Positions 61,679 to 64,000 of a stretch of 64,000 bases of DNA are shown one piece after another. The stretch covers positions 2,170,001 to 2,234,000 of the forward strand of contig CDPCPM010000370.1 of assembly GCA_976551045.1 (NCBI GenBank), read 5' to 3'. Under the pieces are notes generated by a model. That model was given only the letters and a program-made list of their open reading frames with translations, was not told the origin of the DNA and did no database searches. Numbering within the stretch: position 1 is the stretch's first letter; the number at the start of each line of letters is the position of its first letter. The position numbers were made by a program, and so were the translations under genes. The DNA is from Glaucostegus cemiculus (lineage: Eukaryota).

Positions 61679-63258
61679 GTAAACTGCGGAAAAAAGCGAA
61701 TGGGAGCACAATCAATGTTAGACTACTTCATCGCTGAGTATCTGCTTGTTCGTCGTACTTTTAACTTTTATTTTCAACGCCCTCCATTGCAAATGACGAT
61801 GTGATCCAACTCCCCGCTGTTGTACTGCTACGATCATTTAACGGAATATGTGTTTAATCAAGTCTTTTAACTCGAGGAAATATGTTCCAAATCCATTCTC
61901 TTCATATATTACGAGAACTTTTCCTTCGTATTGTGAAAGTCTTTGCAAAAAGTTGCTTCTTTAATCATTACCTCCCATTCAGTTTTAATAATGCCTGGAT
62001 AACATTCGGATCCATGTTTGCCTGGCTTTGTTCCGATTAACCGAGAATTCAGATAAAAGTAGGAGGTCGTGTTGCAAAATGCTCTGCTCAAAATTCAACA
62101 ACGATAACAATCCTATGATAAATTTCATGACGCAGCTCATTATTCTCATGTTAATTCCAACCTCAGGTTTTATCTTCCACAGGTGCGAACTGACCTCGCA
62201 TCCAACATGGATTTCCAGCAATCATTTTTTTTTTTTCTGTTTTGCTTTTATACTGGGCATCTTTCTTATCTTTGCAGCCTCAAATGAACGGTACGTTCGT
62301 GGATAATTCTCCGAATACCATTGTTAAATACTCATATGAATTTCTTATATAAAAGGGGTATTGCTTCTTCTCCCAGTTCCTGTTATATTTCCTGACCTGT
62401 TCTTGATCGCAGTTCGTTTTCAATTGATGCATGCTGTTGGCTTCTGGTGACTAACTTTTTCATTTTTCCTCTCCAGTAAAAGATTTTTAATATCTTTCTC
62501 ATTTTCACTTCCAAGCTGAAGAAAGATCCATCTGCAATGAACCTATTTTGCCAGGCGAGGGTCGAGAGGCAATGCACTGACATAATTCATTGAGATGTTA
62601 ATTCAAAGGAACCGGTGTTCGATCTTTGCCATGCGATTTGACCAGATTGCTATTGATGGATATTGAGACGGTTTTCTTCCTGTGGGAAAACAAAATTCGG
62701 CTCAGCAAAACCAAAAAAAAAATAATTGAAACACAGAATGCTGAGGATTCGTTATGATTTAAATAGTTGGGGGTGGCTGCAATTCCTTCCCTTCTTGATT
62801 GTGAACTTCTTTGTACTTTCTCCACATTCAGTGCCCCCTCTGGACCTTGCCTAGTGTCTCGATTCCATCTGGTGACTCTTTTAACTTCAATTTTGTTTTG
62901 TCGTCGTTGGGTCTCTTTCTTTAGTTTCTTTTATCCCGTTATTCATCTTGATTGCATTTCTTGCTGTGATGGGAACGCTATTTGTCAGTTGATCTCATCG
63001 ACAAAGCACCCCTTCTGTTCAAGCACTTGAAACTTTCTGTTCTAAATATTATCTATTATTTTATATTCACCGTTACCTGCCTAATTCGGATAATATTGAG
63101 AATGCAAACACAATCTCCATCTATGAATAAATCACGATCAATCCCTGAATCAATTGTCAAAGAAGAAAATTTAGTCCAGCTTCAAAAGTGATGTTAATGC
63201 ATTGTGATGGACTCCCCTGCTAATTATGCACGGATATTTAACTTTGTCCTCTCTACAG

Positions 63259-64000
63259 CTAACTTCGTAACGATTGTGATTCTATCACAAGGAAAAGTTG
63301 GCCTCTCGAAGTGCATCACTCGCTACCTGGTGCTCATGGCGGTGACAGATTTCCTGGTCATCATCACCGCTGTGATACTAAGCCGACTTCGGGCTATTTA
63401 TTTCCCGATGAGCTTCCTGTCCACCACTCCGGCATGCAGTCTCGTTATTGCGCTCAGCTGTGCGTCCAGAGATACTTCGGTCTGGTTAACGGTCGCTTTC
63501 ACCTTCGACCGTTTCGTCGCCATCTGCTGCCAGCAACTGAAGCAACGATATTGCACCGAGAGAACCGCGACTTTCGTCACTGCAATAATTTGCGTGGTGG
63601 GCTGCTTGAAAAACGTACCTTTCTATTTCTTGTACGAGCCTATCACGATTATAAACAACGTGCCCTGGTACTGCAGTATAAAAAATGACTTTTATACTTC
63701 CATTGAATGGAAAATTTATGATTGGTTGGACCGCATTTCAAATCCTTGCCTCCCTTTTCTCCTGATATTTCTGTTTAATATTCTGACCGTCAAGAACATT
63801 TTGGCTGCCAGCAGAGCCCGGAAGAGGCTCCGTGCTGCAAGCAATGGAGAGAAACAGAGAGATCCGGAAATGGAGAGCAGAGTAAAGTCCATCATTTTAC
63901 TCTTCGCAATCTCAGGCAGTTTTCTCCTGTTGTGGTTAACGTATGTTGTGTATTTTCTCTCTGTGCAAATTTCCAGCAAGTTCTACACAGTTGGTTCCAA
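63259..64000 (+). CDS. GPR139/GPR142-like class A GPCR gene 3, coding exon 2 (runs off window end)
   Basis: Acceptor ctctacag; reads ANFVTIVILSQGKVGLSKCITRYLVLMAVTD...FTFDRFVAICC... and stays open to the window edge, so it is missing from the ORF track. Confidence 0.9.

Overview
This is eukaryotic genomic DNA from a cartilaginous fish (shark or ray, inferred from gene and repeat content). It covers part of the V-segment array of the T-cell receptor alpha/delta locus. Seven V exons end in heptamer-23(22)-nonamer recombination signal sequences (RSS); six are on the minus strand and one is inverted on the plus strand. Two of the minus-strand V exons belong to a NAR-TCR-type cassette: leader, IgNAR-like V, degenerate D, and a 12-RSS J reading DGAGTAVNVTP, spliceable in frame to a leaderless supporting V-delta. 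These two V domains carry matching extra cysteines. Three two-exon class A GPCR genes (GPR139/GPR142-like, plus strand) are interleaved with the V segments; the third is cut by the window end. Three related V genes sit in a ~4.2 kb tandem triplication. The remainder is CR1, Rex1/Babar-like and Penelope-like retroelement fragments, tRNA-derived SINEs, two solo-LTR-like elements with 5-bp target-site duplications, microsatellites and assembly gaps. All assignments come from reading motifs by eye; no database searches were run.
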